Under the pieces are notes generated by a model that had not been told where the DNA came from, did no database searches, and saw only the letters and a program-made list of their open reading frames with translations. This document shows positions 28,969-38,607 of a stretch of DNA of 64,000 bases, piece after piece. Location of the stretch: contig CAVSET010000003.1 of the NCBI GenBank assembly GCA_963727075.1, forward strand, positions 55,481 to 119,480, given 5' to 3'. This stretch comes from an uncultured Acidimicrobiales bacterium. GTDB lineage: Bacteria; Actinomycetota; Acidimicrobiia; Acidimicrobiales; RAAP-2. Numbering within the stretch: position 1 is the stretch's first letter; each line of letters starts with the position of its first letter. The position numbers were made by a program, and so were the translations under genes.

Positions 28969-29838
28969 CTAGTGAACGGTGATCGACAGAGATTGGGCCG
29001 CAGTTCGTTGGGTGTGCGGTGGTGCCGTCGTCTTGCTGTCGGTGACCACGACTGTGAAGGAGTACGTTCCAGAGACCTGTGGCATGCCGGTGATGGTCCC
29101 AGATCGTGCGTGTAGGTGGAGACCAGAAGGCAGTTTTCCAATCACGGACCACTTGTAGGCGGGATTGCCTCCGGTGGCCATCAAGCTGGCCGAGTAGGGG
29201 GATTTGACCGTCGCGGTCGGCAGCGATGACGTCGTGATCTGTGGCGGCGGGATGATCGGTGTGAGGTAGCCGTCGACTAGTTCCCAGCCCGACGGAAGAG
29301 AGGTAGGTGTCCCCGTGATGCCCCCGGAGTTCACGCCAGTGAGGATGGCGTCTGGATAGGTCTCGTATGGTTGGAAGCAGGGCTGGTGAGGGAGGCACAG
29401 CGGTGGCCCCTCGTCGAAGGTATCGCCGTGGAGACGGACGGACTCCAGGTTGGCACCGTGAAGATCGGCGTCGGTGAAGTTCGGAGCAGTGTCGAACACC
29501 CATATCAAGAAGGTGCCTGGCGTCGGACATGGAAGACCACCACAGTCGAACACGATTCCCGCTCCCTGCAGGTTTGCGAACCTCAGGGTGGCGTTGGTGA
29601 AGTCTGCTGCGTTCAGATTCGCTCCGCTCAGGTTCGCCCTTCTCAGATTCGAGCCAGAGAAATCGGCTTTGGAAAGATCGGCGTTGGCGTAGTTGCACCC
29701 GGCGAGATCAGCCGAGGGTCGCGGGGTGCAGTCCCGAGTCTTGGCGTGGGCTTGGGTTGGAGCGACCACAAGAACGGACCCAGTAAGAATGGCTGCCAGA
29801 CCGAGCATTCCGGCCGCCCTAAGGGCCGACTTGACCAT
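28969..29838 (-). CDS. Secreted pentapeptide-repeat protein with C-terminal Ig-like domain
   Basis: Starts at ATG 29838 (MVKSALRAAGMLGLAAILTGSVLVVAPTQAHA, a signal peptide). It has pentapeptide runs ADLSKADFSGSNLRRANLSGANLNAADFTNATLRFANLQGA. The C-terminus (LPTATVKSPYSASLMATGGNPAYKWSVIGKLPSGLHLHARSGTITGMPQVSGTYSFTVVVTD) looks like a putative-Ig type repeat. Confidence 0.7.
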   Translation of the reverse strand: MVKSALRAAGMLGLAAILTGSVLVVAPTQAHAKTRDCTPRPSADLAGCNYANADLSKADFSGSNLRRANLSGANLNAADFTNATLRFANLQGAGIVFDCGGLPCPTPGTFLIWVFDTAPNFTDADLHGANLESVRLHGDTFDEGPPLCLPHQPCFQPYETYPDAILTGVNSGGITGTPTSLPSGWELVDGYLTPIIPPPQITTSSLPTATVKSPYSASLMATGGNPAYKWSVIGKLPSGLHLHARSGTITGMPQVSGTYSFTVVVTDSKTTAPPHTQRTAAQSLSITVH

Positions 29839-29910
29839 CTGTACCTCCCTCCAAGCCACCAGGCTGCTGCGATTCGACTCTAGACCTCCTATCAGGCGCA
29901 GACCCTCCGA

Positions 29911-31635
29911 TCAGGCGCTGATCGGCAAGGGGAACGAGGCGGAGATCTCGCTGGCCGGCAACGGCGCCGAGAAGAGGTACCCCTGGGCCAGATCGCACTG
30001 CAGCGAACGAAGGACGTCCAACTGGCGAACGGTCTCCACACCCTCGGCCACCACCTTGAGCCCGAGGGCATGGGCCAGCCCGATGACGGAGGAGACGATG
30101 GCTTCGCTCTCGTGCCGCACGCCGAGCTGCTCGACGAAAGAGCGGTCGACCTTGAGGATGTCGACCGGGAACTGCTGCAGATAGCTGAGCGATGAGTAGC
30201 CGGTCCCGAAATCGTCGATGGCCAGCTGCACACCGATCTGCTTGAGGGCACGCAACACCTCGAGGGCCGTATCGGTGTCGCGCATCAACGCGCTCTCCGT
30301 GATCTCCAGGGTGAGGTGTCGGGCGGGTAGCCCGGTACGCGACAGGACTTCCTCCACCGTGGTGACGATCCGGGCGTCTGCCACCTGGCGGGCGGACAGG
30401 TTCACCTCGATGGAGCCTCGGGCCCCATGAGCCTTCCGGCCCTGCCATTGGCGTAGCTGGTTGCATGCCTCCTGGAGCACCCACGCCCCGATGGGGATGA
30501 TCAGGCCGCTCTCCTCCGCTACCGGGATGAACCGGTTGGCCGGGACCAATCCCTGTAGGGGGTGATGCCATCGGATCAGGGCCTCCACCCCGACCGTGGT
30601 CGAGGCACCGAGCTCGACCACCGGCTGGTAGTGGAGCATGAGCTCATCGTGATCGAGGGCCAGATGCAGCGTCTGCTCGGTGGTCAGGCGGTCCTGAGCT
30701 TCGATGCGCATGGGCTCCCGGAACGTCTCGACCCCGGCTCCACCGCGGCGTTTGCCCCGGTACATGGCCGCCTCGGCGTTCGCCAGCAACTCCGGTGCTT
30801 CGTCGACGCCGAACGTGTTGAGGGCGATCCCGGCCGTGGCGTCGAGGAAGATCTCGTGGCCGGCCACCTGGAACGGTTGGCGGATCATGGCCCGGGCGTG
30901 CTCGACGAAGGCCAGCGCCCGGCGATGGGCATGACCGTTGGGGTCCACGAACATGGCTAGGAACTCGTCTCCTCCGAACCGAGCCAGGAGGTCGGCATGA
31001 CCCGCCATCCGCCTCAGCCGCTCGGCCACCGACACCAGCACGAGGTCGCCGGCGTCGTGGCCCATCGAGCTGTTGATCACCTTGAAGCGGTCGAGGTCGA
31101 GGAGCGCCACCGCCACTGAACCGGGCGCTCCGCCGGTTCCGGCCAGCGACGCGGCCAGCGAGGTGACGAAGTGGAGACGGTCGGGAAGGCCGGTGAGCCT
31201 GTCACCGGGGAGGTCGGCGACCAGGGGCGCCGGCTCCTCGCCGTCCAGCACCCGGACGAAACCGCTCACGCACCGGGTCGATCCGTAGCCGGTGGTGAAC
31301 ACCATGGCCTCGGTCTCGAGGGGGTGACCGGCCCGGTGCACCAGTCGGAACCGGTGCCGGTCGCCGTCCGCAGCACCGCTGGTTCCGGTTCCGGTCCCGG
31401 TGAAGGGTGACTCACCCAGCTCGGCCGGGATGACGGTCTCGCCGACAGGCCGTCCGAGCACCTCGTCCCGGCTCCAACCGAAGAGCGCTTCGGCCCGAGC
31501 GTTCCACTCGATGATCAGTCCGCTCGCGTCGACCTCGACGAACGCGTCCGGACAGGCCGAGATCAGTCGTATGCAACGGTCCCGCCAACGGGTGAGCTCG
31601 GTCATCGGAAGTCGCCGGGCCCCTTCAACAACCAT
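29911..31635 (-). CDS. PAS-GGDEF-EAL signalling protein
   Basis: 574-aa intact ORF with a PAS-like N-terminus, GGDEF (RFGGDEFLAMF) and EAL (VGVEALIRW, DDFGTGYSSLSYL) motifs. Confidence 0.9.
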   Translation of the reverse strand: MVVEGARRLPMTELTRWRDRCIRLISACPDAFVEVDASGLIIEWNARAEALFGWSRDEVLGRPVGETVIPAELGESPFTGTGTGTSGAADGDRHRFRLVHRAGHPLETEAMVFTTGYGSTRCVSGFVRVLDGEEPAPLVADLPGDRLTGLPDRLHFVTSLAASLAGTGGAPGSVAVALLDLDRFKVINSSMGHDAGDLVLVSVAERLRRMAGHADLLARFGGDEFLAMFVDPNGHAHRRALAFVEHARAMIRQPFQVAGHEIFLDATAGIALNTFGVDEAPELLANAEAAMYRGKRRGGAGVETFREPMRIEAQDRLTTEQTLHLALDHDELMLHYQPVVELGASTTVGVEALIRWHHPLQGLVPANRFIPVAEESGLIIPIGAWVLQEACNQLRQWQGRKAHGARGSIEVNLSARQVADARIVTTVEEVLSRTGLPARHLTLEITESALMRDTDTALEVLRALKQIGVQLAIDDFGTGYSSLSYLQQFPVDILKVDRSFVEQLGVRHESEAIVSSVIGLAHALGLKVVAEGVETVRQLDVLRSLQCDLAQGYLFSAPLPASEISASFPLPISA

Positions 31636-31736
31636 GGCGCGCCCGCCGCGTCCCGCCGTACCGAGACCCCAGCTGATCGACCATCACGCTTCCCGTCCCA
31701 CGCGGCTTCTGTGACTTTCGGCCAAGCACCAGGGCC

Positions 31737-32936
31737 TTGTCATTTCGAAGCATGGTAGGCACTCCGGTCGTGCACATCAAGGATTTCCCTCCCGCCACCT
31801 CCCTGAATGTGCGCGGCTGCTCACCGGGTTGGCGCCCGACCCCCTCTACACCGACCGTCGGGACGACGGGGCCGTGTACCGTCCCTGTCGTGGTCGTCAT
31901 CACGGGAACGGTGCAAAAGGATTCGTGGGACCTCAACGTCCTGCCGCCGGTCGAGCAAGTTCGTCCCGGTTTGTGGTCCATCCCGGTGCCCATCCCCAAC
32001 AATCCGCTCCGGTACGTGCTGGTGTACGCCTTCGAGCTCCGGGGTGGGGGCGTGGCCTTGGTCGACGCCGGATGGAACACCGACGAGGCGTGGAACAGCC
32101 TCAACGACGGGCTGGCAACGGCCGGAGGGAGCATCAACGATGTCCGCGCCGTGATGGTCACCCACATCCACCCCGACCACTACGGGCTGGCCGGAAGGGT
32201 GCGCGAGGCATCCGGAGCATGGATCGGCCTGCACCCGGCCGACGCGGTGATGCTCGAGGCGCGCTACGGCGACACCGACGAACTGCTGGCCGGAATGCTC
32301 CGCCTGCTGACCGACTCCGGCGTCCCCGAGGACAAGCTGCCCGACCTGGCCCTGGCTTCGATGGCGGTGAAGTCGATGGTCACCATGGCCGAGCCGGACG
32401 TCTTCTTCGAGGATGGCAAGGACATCGAGCTGCCCGGGTGGTCGTTGCGGACCATCTGGACGCCGGGGCACTCCCCCGGTCACGTCTGTTTCTACAGCGA
32501 TGACCGGAGACTGCTGATCTCGGGGGACCACGTCCTCCCCCGCATCACCCCGAACATCTCGGTGCACTCACAGCAGGTGCCCAATCCGCTCGGCGACTAC
32601 CTCGAGTCGCTGGTGAAGCTGCAGAGCCTCGCCACCGATGAGGTCCTCCCGGCCCATGAGTACCGGTTCTCCGATCTGAACCACAGGCTGGAGGAGATCA
32701 TCGCTCACCACGACGCTCGTCTGAATGAGATCGAGCACGTGATCAAGAAGAACCAGGGATCGACCGCCTGGGACATCACGCTCAAGCTGCACTGGTCACG
32801 ACCCTGGGACGAGATCGAGTCCTTCATGCAGCGACAGGCCAACGGCGAGACCCTGGCCCATTGCGTCGTGCTCGAACTGGACGGTCGGATCCGCCGCCGC
32901 GGTTCACCGGCGAGGTTCTTCACGGTCGGGCACTGA
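31737..32936 (+). CDS. MBL-fold metallo-hydrolase
   Basis: The ORF contains VTHIHPDHYGL (HxHxDH) and TPGHSPGH. The true start is probably downstream of 31737. Confidence 0.8.
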   Translation: MSFRSMVGTPVVHIKDFPPATSLNVRGCSPGWRPTPSTPTVGTTGPCTVPVVVVITGTVQKDSWDLNVLPPVEQVRPGLWSIPVPIPNNPLRYVLVYAFELRGGGVALVDAGWNTDEAWNSLNDGLATAGGSINDVRAVMVTHIHPDHYGLAGRVREASGAWIGLHPADAVMLEARYGDTDELLAGMLRLLTDSGVPEDKLPDLALASMAVKSMVTMAEPDVFFEDGKDIELPGWSLRTIWTPGHSPGHVCFYSDDRRLLISGDHVLPRITPNISVHSQQVPNPLGDYLESLVKLQSLATDEVLPAHEYRFSDLNHRLEEIIAHHDARLNEIEHVIKKNQGSTAWDITLKLHWSRPWDEIESFMQRQANGETLAHCVVLELDGRIRRRGSPARFFTVGH

Positions 32937-32954
32937 CGCCCGCTGCCGGCCGGC

Positions 32955-33683
32955 TCACACCGCCCTGCCCGGGCCGTCGTCCGCCCCGAATTCGGCGGCA
33001 AGCCGTCGCCGCTCACGCCGCCTCAGCAGCCAACGCACGGCGATGGCGGCGACCACGACCGCCGCCACCACGGCGATGGACCACAGTCCCACCTGGGCCA
33101 GAATTCGCTGGAACGAGAGGCCGACGATGAAGCCGAGCAGGGTGTACCCGATGCCCCAGATCAGGCCCCCCATGGCGTTGAAGGCGAGGAAGACGGGATA
33201 GCGGAGGCCGCTCATGCCGGCCAGCCCGGGAATGATGGCCCGGGCGAACGCCACGAACCGGCCGAAGAACACAGCCGGCCCACCGTAGTGCTCGAGCATG
33301 GCCATCGTCCGGCGCACGGCCGCGTTGCCCTTCAGGGGGCGGCGTTCGAGCAGCCACGGCCCGGACCGCTTCCCCACCTCGAACCCGACCGAGTCACCCA
33401 CGATGGCGCACACCACCACCACCGCCATCATCATCCCGAGGTTGACCTGGTGCAGCCCGGCGAGGACTCCTCCGATCACCACCGCCGTCTCTCCTGGGAT
33501 GAAGAACCCCACCATGAGAGCGGCCTCGGCAAAGGCCAAGAAGCCCACCAGTGCGTATGCAGGCGGTCCATGGAAATGGAGCAACCACCCCGAGATACCG
33601 CCCGGCCGGCCGGAACCACCGGACCCGGCCGCCAGGACCAGGACGTGGATGGCAGCCGAGCCGGCCGTCACCATCGCCGTCAT
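32955..33683 (-). CDS. DedA family membrane protein
   Basis: 242-aa ORF with the VGFFIPGETAVVIGGVLAG motif and multiple TM segments. Confidence 0.8.
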   Translation of the reverse strand: MTAMVTAGSAAIHVLVLAAGSGGSGRPGGISGWLLHFHGPPAYALVGFLAFAEAALMVGFFIPGETAVVIGGVLAGLHQVNLGMMMAVVVVCAIVGDSVGFEVGKRSGPWLLERRPLKGNAAVRRTMAMLEHYGGPAVFFGRFVAFARAIIPGLAGMSGLRYPVFLAFNAMGGLIWGIGYTLLGFIVGLSFQRILAQVGLWSIAVVAAVVVAAIAVRWLLRRRERRRLAAEFGADDGPGRAV

Positions 33684-33743
33684 CGATGGGTCACCGCCGG
33701 TCCGGGGAGCTCCGAGGAGTCCGGCGCCCTGTCCACGCTGGGA

Positions 33744-34160
33744 TCACCGGGTCAAGGTCACACTGGCCCAGGTCCGACGCCGACATGAGGGACAGGTCAT
33801 CCATCGATCGAAAGTGCGCCGGGGCAGCCATGCCGGGACGGGTAGCTGGCACCAGAGGAGCTGGAGGAGCCCGACACGGGTCACCGATCCGCAGGACGAG
33901 CACGAGACGACAAACAACCCTCTGGGCGGCAATGGGTCGGCTCCCGCCGTCGCCCAGGTGACCGGCTCCTCCTCGCTGGCCGGGGTGGCATCGGAGAACA
34001 GTGCGTGCTTGCCGGCCGGGCGGGCCCGCCGGGTGGTCGGTCCGGATGGGGCTCCGGCCGGGCCCGCCGGCCCTCCGGCGCCGTCTCCGATCTCGGCTTC
34101 GGGCTCGACGGGCATCCAGAAGAGCGCCCGCTTGCCCATCGGGTCGGGCCCGGGTGCCAC
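33744..34160 (-). CDS. Hypothetical protein with C-terminal 4-Cys zinc-ribbon-like motif
   Basis: 138-aa ORF containing CSSCGS...CPSCRR. Its start abuts the ParA stop at 34160. Confidence 0.5.
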   Translation of the reverse strand: MAPGPDPMGKRALFWMPVEPEAEIGDGAGGPAGPAGAPSGPTTRRARPAGKHALFSDATPASEEEPVTWATAGADPLPPRGLFVVSCSSCGSVTRVGLLQLLWCQLPVPAWLPRRTFDRWMTCPSCRRRTWASVTLTR

Positions 34161-34945
34161 TACCCGACCGGGCCGGCGACCACGCTGGTCTCGAGGATGG
34201 TGCGGGCCAGCTGGCGGTAGGCGAGCGCCCCGGGAGAACTCGGCGCATGCTGGAGGATGGACTTCCCCCTGGCCGGGGCTTCGGCGAAACGGATCGACTT
34301 GCGCACCGGCGGCTGGAGGACCGGGATCCCGTAGCGGGCCTCGACCTCCTCGATGATGTGCCGGGCGTGCTTGGTGCGATCGTCGTACATGGTGGCGATG
34401 ATGCCCCTCACGCTCAGATCACTGTTGGCGAAGGCCCGGACGTCCTCGATGGTCTCGAGCAACTGACCGACACCGCGATGGGACAGGGCCTCGCACTGCA
34501 GAGGGATCAGCACGGCGTTGGCCGCGGTCAGGCCGTTGATGGTGAGGACACCCAGTGAGGGCGGGCAGTCGATGAGTACGAGGTCGTAGCGGTCCAGGAC
34601 CGGCTCGAGGGCCCGCTCGAGGACGTGCTCACGGCCGGTGCGGGTGAGCAGGTGGACCTCTGATCCGGCCAGATCGATGGTGGCGGGCACGACGTCGAGG
34701 GAGCCGACACCCGGCACTGGCAGGATGACCTCGGCCATCCCGGCACGCCGGACGAACACGTCGTGCAGCGAGCGGGCGAGGGCGTCGGGATCGAACCCGA
34801 GGGAGTAGGTCAAGCAGGCCTGCGGGTCGAGGTCCACCACCAGTGTCCGTCTCCCCATCTCGGCAGAGGCCACCCCGAGCGAGTGCACCGTGGTGGTCTT
34901 GGCCACTCCGCCCTTCTGGTTGGCCACGGCCAGCACGTCGGTCAC
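34160..34945 (-). CDS. ParA/Soj-family ATPase
   Basis: 261-aa ORF with the deviant Walker A VANQKGGVAKTTT and LVVDLDPQ. Confidence 0.9.
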   Translation of the reverse strand: MTDVLAVANQKGGVAKTTTVHSLGVASAEMGRRTLVVDLDPQACLTYSLGFDPDALARSLHDVFVRRAGMAEVILPVPGVGSLDVVPATIDLAGSEVHLLTRTGREHVLERALEPVLDRYDLVLIDCPPSLGVLTINGLTAANAVLIPLQCEALSHRGVGQLLETIEDVRAFANSDLSVRGIIATMYDDRTKHARHIIEEVEARYGIPVLQPPVRKSIRFAEAPARGKSILQHAPSSPGALAYRQLARTILETSVVAGPVG

Positions 34946-34985
34946 CCGCTGAGTCTACGCCGAGCCACCGGCCACCACGACGGGG

Positions 34986-35750
34986 TCAGTATCCGGCCAT
35001 CCCGACCATCGGCCGGTTCAACGGAAGACCGCCCATCGACCCGAAGAAGGGGACGTTGAAGGAGAAGACGCCCCCGTCGGAGGCGACGAACCGATAGCCG
35101 CTCCCGTCAGCCGCCACTGCCATACCGCTGACCGGGGCGTTGAGGGCTATGGCCCCGGTGGAGCCGTAGAACGGGGCGCCGCCGAAGGCGAAGATGCCCC
35201 CGTCGGCGGCCACCTCCCAGTAGCCGCCGGAATTGGTGTCGTTCGATGTGCCCACGACTGGCTGGTTGAGGCGGGTGCCGCCCATCGAGCCGGCGAACGG
35301 GGCGTCCCCGAAGGTGAAGATCCCACCGTCGGCGGCCACCAGGCGGTAGCCCTTGCCGTCGGTCGAGGTGGAGATGCCCACCACCGGCTGGTTGAGCCGG
35401 GTGCCACCCATCGACCCGTAGAAGGCGGCGTCCCCGAAGGTGAAGATCCCACCGTCGGCGGCCACCTCCCAGTAGCCCTTGCCGTCGGGAGTGGCGGCCA
35501 TGCCCACGATCGGCCGGTTGAGGGGTCGGCCACCCATCGACCCGAAGAACTGGGTGTTGCCGTAGGTGAAGATCCCACCGTCGGCGGCCACCTCCCAGTA
35601 ACCCCCGGTGTTGGGGGCCATGGCCATGCCCACGATCGGCGCGTTGAGCCGGATCCCGCCGGTGGAGCCACAGAAGGGCATCTGGCCATAGGTGAACACC
35701 CCGCCGTCCGAGGCCACCAGGTCGTAGCCGGTAAACGCGGCGGAGGGCAC
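34986..35750. repeat. Six tandem ~120-bp coding repeats (C-terminus of the 816-aa protein)
   Basis: The DNA shows recurring blocks such as gatcccaccgtcggcggccacc spaced about 120 nt apart. They are translated as DGGIFTFG...GSMGG..LN.P.VG units. Confidence 0.75.
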
Positions 35751-37436
35751 CGAGCACCGGGGGATCGACCCGATGGGGGTGGTCCCCCCGATGTTGCCGG
35801 TGAGCTGGGGGTCATGGTGGAACATGGGCCAGGCAGACCCTCCGACCGCGGCGGGCCCGTTCGAGGCGGCGATCTCGTAGTGGTCGATCTCGCCCACCCC
35901 GTTCGGCGAGCCGATCGATGCCGTGTAGCCGGCCAGGGTGATCCCGATCGTCCCGTTGGGGTCGGCCGTCACCAGCGGGGCGTTCTGCAGACCGAGCGCC
36001 GGGCTGAGGTCAGCGATCTCCGCGCCGGACCGTCCGTCGAAGATCCGGGTGCCGGCGATCGTCGGCACGATGACATCGTCGTAGCCACCGCCCGACAGGT
36101 CGGCGGTGACGACCGAGCCGATGACCCGCCCGATGTTGGAGGCCGTCCAGTCGGTCCGACCGGTAGCTGCATCGAGCACCCACACCGAGCCGGATCCCCC
36201 GGGACCCTGGTCGGTGCCTTCGACAACCTGGAGCGACCCGTTTCCCACCACGTTCGAGAGCGCCGGGGACGAAAAGGTGCTGCCATCAACCGGTGCCGAC
36301 CACATCAGGTGGCAGAGGTTGTTGTAGGCGCGGACGGTGTTGGAGTCCGAAGCACCGGCAAAGAACGAACCCGTGCCCACCACGATTCCGGTGGCGCCGC
36401 CGGGCAGGAACCCGCCGACAGCCGGTGACGAGTCGACAACCTGGTTGGTATCGGCCCGGCAGATCTGGTTCCCCGTGGCGCTCAGGATGCGCAGATGGCC
36501 GCCGTCGGCGTACTGCTGGCCGGCGGCAAGACCCGCCGTCTGGTCGCCGCCGACGATGATCTCGTTCTGGCCAGTGCCAAAGAGGTCGGCCAGCGCCGCG
36601 GTGGAGTGGGTGCTGTCGGAGTTGAAGAAGGGCCAGCCGGCCAGGGGTGCGCCGTTGCCGGCATCGAGGGCGTAGGCCACCTGACCGAGCGACCCGGCCA
36701 CGGTGTCCGATCCCCCGGACTGGAGCGGACCGACGGTCATGCCGGCCTGGACCCCGAGGGCCGGTGCGTTGTCGGTCGGCGGGTTGACCACCGGCGTGTG
36801 CCACATCTGCCCACCGGACGGGGCGAAGGCCTGGTACCCGCCGGTGGTCGGATCGGCATCGTTGCCCGACCCGATGAGCACCGACGACAGCCCGAAGCCG
36901 GCCGGCGCGGTCGAGGCGGGGGCGTCGATCGGCCCGCTCTCGTTGGTCGTCGGCCAGCCGGCCACCGGGGTGCCGGTCGAGGACGGACTGCCCAGGTGGT
37001 AGGCGTAGACGAACCCGCGGCGATCACCGACCACGACCGAGGGCTGCCCGTCGAGGTTGGCCAGGGTCGGTGACGAGAGGGCGATGGGTTGGCCGTCGTC
37101 GGGGAGGGGCCCGGTGGACCAGGTCCTCGTCCAGCCGCTCGGCACCCCTGCATGGCTCTGAACCGCCCACCCGGCCGCCCGGGCGGTGGCCGCCTGGGCA
37201 GGCGGTGCCGGGCCGACGGCTGCCGCGGCAACCAGGGCCGCCAGGACTGCGGTGGCGGTGAAGGCCCGCACCACTGTCGCAGGCGAGAGCGGAACAAGGC
37301 TCGACGGCCCGATCGCGGGCCGGAGTCGCAGGCGGATCGGTCGGCGCCGTTCGATCCGGAAGAGGATATGCGGTTGGGCGACCCGACCGCACATCGGTCG
37401 GCTGGGTGGTCGTGGTCGAGCCGAGGCGCCTGCCAC
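34986..37436 (-). CDS. Large secreted protein: FG-GAP/PQQ-like beta-propeller N-region plus six C-terminal ~40-aa repeats
   Basis: 816-aa intact ORF. A signal-like segment (TATAVLAALVAAAAVGPAPPAQA) follows an uncertain start. The repeat consensus is GY-x-VAADGGIFTFG-x-A-x-F-x-GSMGG-x-x-LN-x-P-x-VGMA. Confidence 0.7.
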   Translation of the reverse strand: MAGASARPRPPSRPMCGRVAQPHILFRIERRRPIRLRLRPAIGPSSLVPLSPATVVRAFTATAVLAALVAAAAVGPAPPAQAATARAAGWAVQSHAGVPSGWTRTWSTGPLPDDGQPIALSSPTLANLDGQPSVVVGDRRGFVYAYHLGSPSSTGTPVAGWPTTNESGPIDAPASTAPAGFGLSSVLIGSGNDADPTTGGYQAFAPSGGQMWHTPVVNPPTDNAPALGVQAGMTVGPLQSGGSDTVAGSLGQVAYALDAGNGAPLAGWPFFNSDSTHSTAALADLFGTGQNEIIVGGDQTAGLAAGQQYADGGHLRILSATGNQICRADTNQVVDSSPAVGGFLPGGATGIVVGTGSFFAGASDSNTVRAYNNLCHLMWSAPVDGSTFSSPALSNVVGNGSLQVVEGTDQGPGGSGSVWVLDAATGRTDWTASNIGRVIGSVVTADLSGGGYDDVIVPTIAGTRIFDGRSGAEIADLSPALGLQNAPLVTADPNGTIGITLAGYTASIGSPNGVGEIDHYEIAASNGPAAVGGSAWPMFHHDPQLTGNIGGTTPIGSIPRCSVPSAAFTGYDLVASDGGVFTYGQMPFCGSTGGIRLNAPIVGMAMAPNTGGYWEVAADGGIFTYGNTQFFGSMGGRPLNRPIVGMAATPDGKGYWEVAADGGIFTFGDAAFYGSMGGTRLNQPVVGISTSTDGKGYRLVAADGGIFTFGDAPFAGSMGGTRLNQPVVGTSNDTNSGGYWEVAADGGIFAFGGAPFYGSTGAIALNAPVSGMAVAADGSGYRFVASDGGVFSFNVPFFGSMGGLPLNRPMVGMAGY

Positions 37437-37447
37437 ACTGGGTGGTC

Positions 37448-38062
37448 ATGCCCAACGAGCTTCCCGAGCTCACCCTGGCCGACCGACGCGCCTGGCGGGC
37501 CTGGCTGGGACGGCACCAAGGCGACCCGGCCGGGGTCTGGTTGGTGCTGGCCAAAAAGGGCACCACGCGCCCGACCAGCCTCACCTACGACCAGGCGTTG
37601 GAGGAGGCCCTCTGCCATGGCTGGATCGACGGGCAGACGGGCCGCCGCGACGACACCACCTACCGTCAGCGCTTCACTCCCCGCCGGGCCCGCAGCCCCT
37701 GGTCGAAGCGGAATGTGGGCATCGCCGAGCGCCTGATGGACGAAGGCCGGATGCGGCCGTCGGGAGAGGCCGAGGTCGAGCGGGCCAGGAGCGATGGTCG
37801 CTGGGATGCCGCCTACGCCGGCCAGGCCTCGATAGAGGTACCCGCCGACCTGGCCACCGCATTGGCGGGACGACCCCGGGCGGGCGCCATGTTCGAGATC
37901 CTGACCCGCCAGAATCGCTACGCCGTGCTGTACCGCATCGAGGGCGCCAAGCGAGCCGACACGCGCGCCCGGCGTATCGACCAGTTGGTCGACAGGTTGG
38001 CCCGCGGCGAGACACCCCATCCCCAGCGGGCAACTCTCGACGATCGGGCTCCTCGGGACTAG
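37448..38062 (+). CDS. YdeI/OmpD-associated family protein
   Basis: Starts at ATG 37448. WRAWLGRHQGDPAGVWLVLAKKG...EEALCHGWIDGQ...RFTPRRARSPWSKRN is typical of the family. Confidence 0.75.
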   Translation: MPNELPELTLADRRAWRAWLGRHQGDPAGVWLVLAKKGTTRPTSLTYDQALEEALCHGWIDGQTGRRDDTTYRQRFTPRRARSPWSKRNVGIAERLMDEGRMRPSGEAEVERARSDGRWDAAYAGQASIEVPADLATALAGRPRAGAMFEILTRQNRYAVLYRIEGAKRADTRARRIDQLVDRLARGETPHPQRATLDDRAPRD

Positions 38063-38112
38063 ACGCCGGCGCCCCAGCTCACGACCATTACGAGCGCCGG
38101 CCGGCGGAGGGT

Positions 38113-38511
38113 ATGGTGCGCGAGGTGGTAACGATCGACGAGGTCGGACGGGTGGCCGCCGAGCTGCCCGAGGTCGCCCAAGGTGAGCGCCATGGCAACC
38201 TCACGTGGTTCGTCGCCGGCAAGGCATTCGCCTGGGAACGACCCTTCAGCAAGGCGGACTTCAATCGGTTCGGCCCGACGACACCGCCGGACGGTCCGAT
38301 CGTGGCGGTTCGCGTCGCCGACCTGTTGGAGAAGGAGGCGGTCCTCGCCGGCTCGGCGAGAGGCTTTTTCACCATCCCACACTTCGACGGCTATTCGGCC
38401 GTGCTCATCCAACTCAAGAAGGTGAGCAAGAAGGCGATGCGGGAGGCGGTGGTCGACGCCTGGTTGGCCTGCGCACCTCAGCACGTGGTGGATGAGTTCC
38501 TGGCCCGGTGA
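38113..38511 (+). CDS. MmcQ/YjbR family DNA-binding protein
   Basis: ATG 38113, 132 aa, with ...HGNLTWFVAGKAFAWERPFSKAD...FFTIPHFDGYSAVLIQL.... Confidence 0.65.
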   Translation: MVREVVTIDEVGRVAAELPEVAQGERHGNLTWFVAGKAFAWERPFSKADFNRFGPTTPPDGPIVAVRVADLLEKEAVLAGSARGFFTIPHFDGYSAVLIQLKKVSKKAMREAVVDAWLACAPQHVVDEFLAR

Positions 38512-38607
38512 GAGGCCGGGTCGGCGACTCGAGCCGGCCGAGGGCACCACCGGCGGAGATCACGGCAGCCCCCTGCCCACGCCGGTGGCCACCGGCGTGC
38601 CGGTCCC

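Noticed and set aside
34986-35750. Regularly spaced ~120-bp repeats considered as a possible CRISPR-like array
   Set aside because: The repeats are contiguous with no unique spacers. They lie in one open frame and translate into a protein repeat. No cas genes are present.
36737-38020. 427-aa minus-strand ORF, and the 441-aa plus-strand ORF 37186-38511, overlapping the propeller, YdeI and YjbR genes
   Set aside because: Both have out-of-frame or antisense composition (Arg/Pro/Gly runs). The recognisable genes account for the region.
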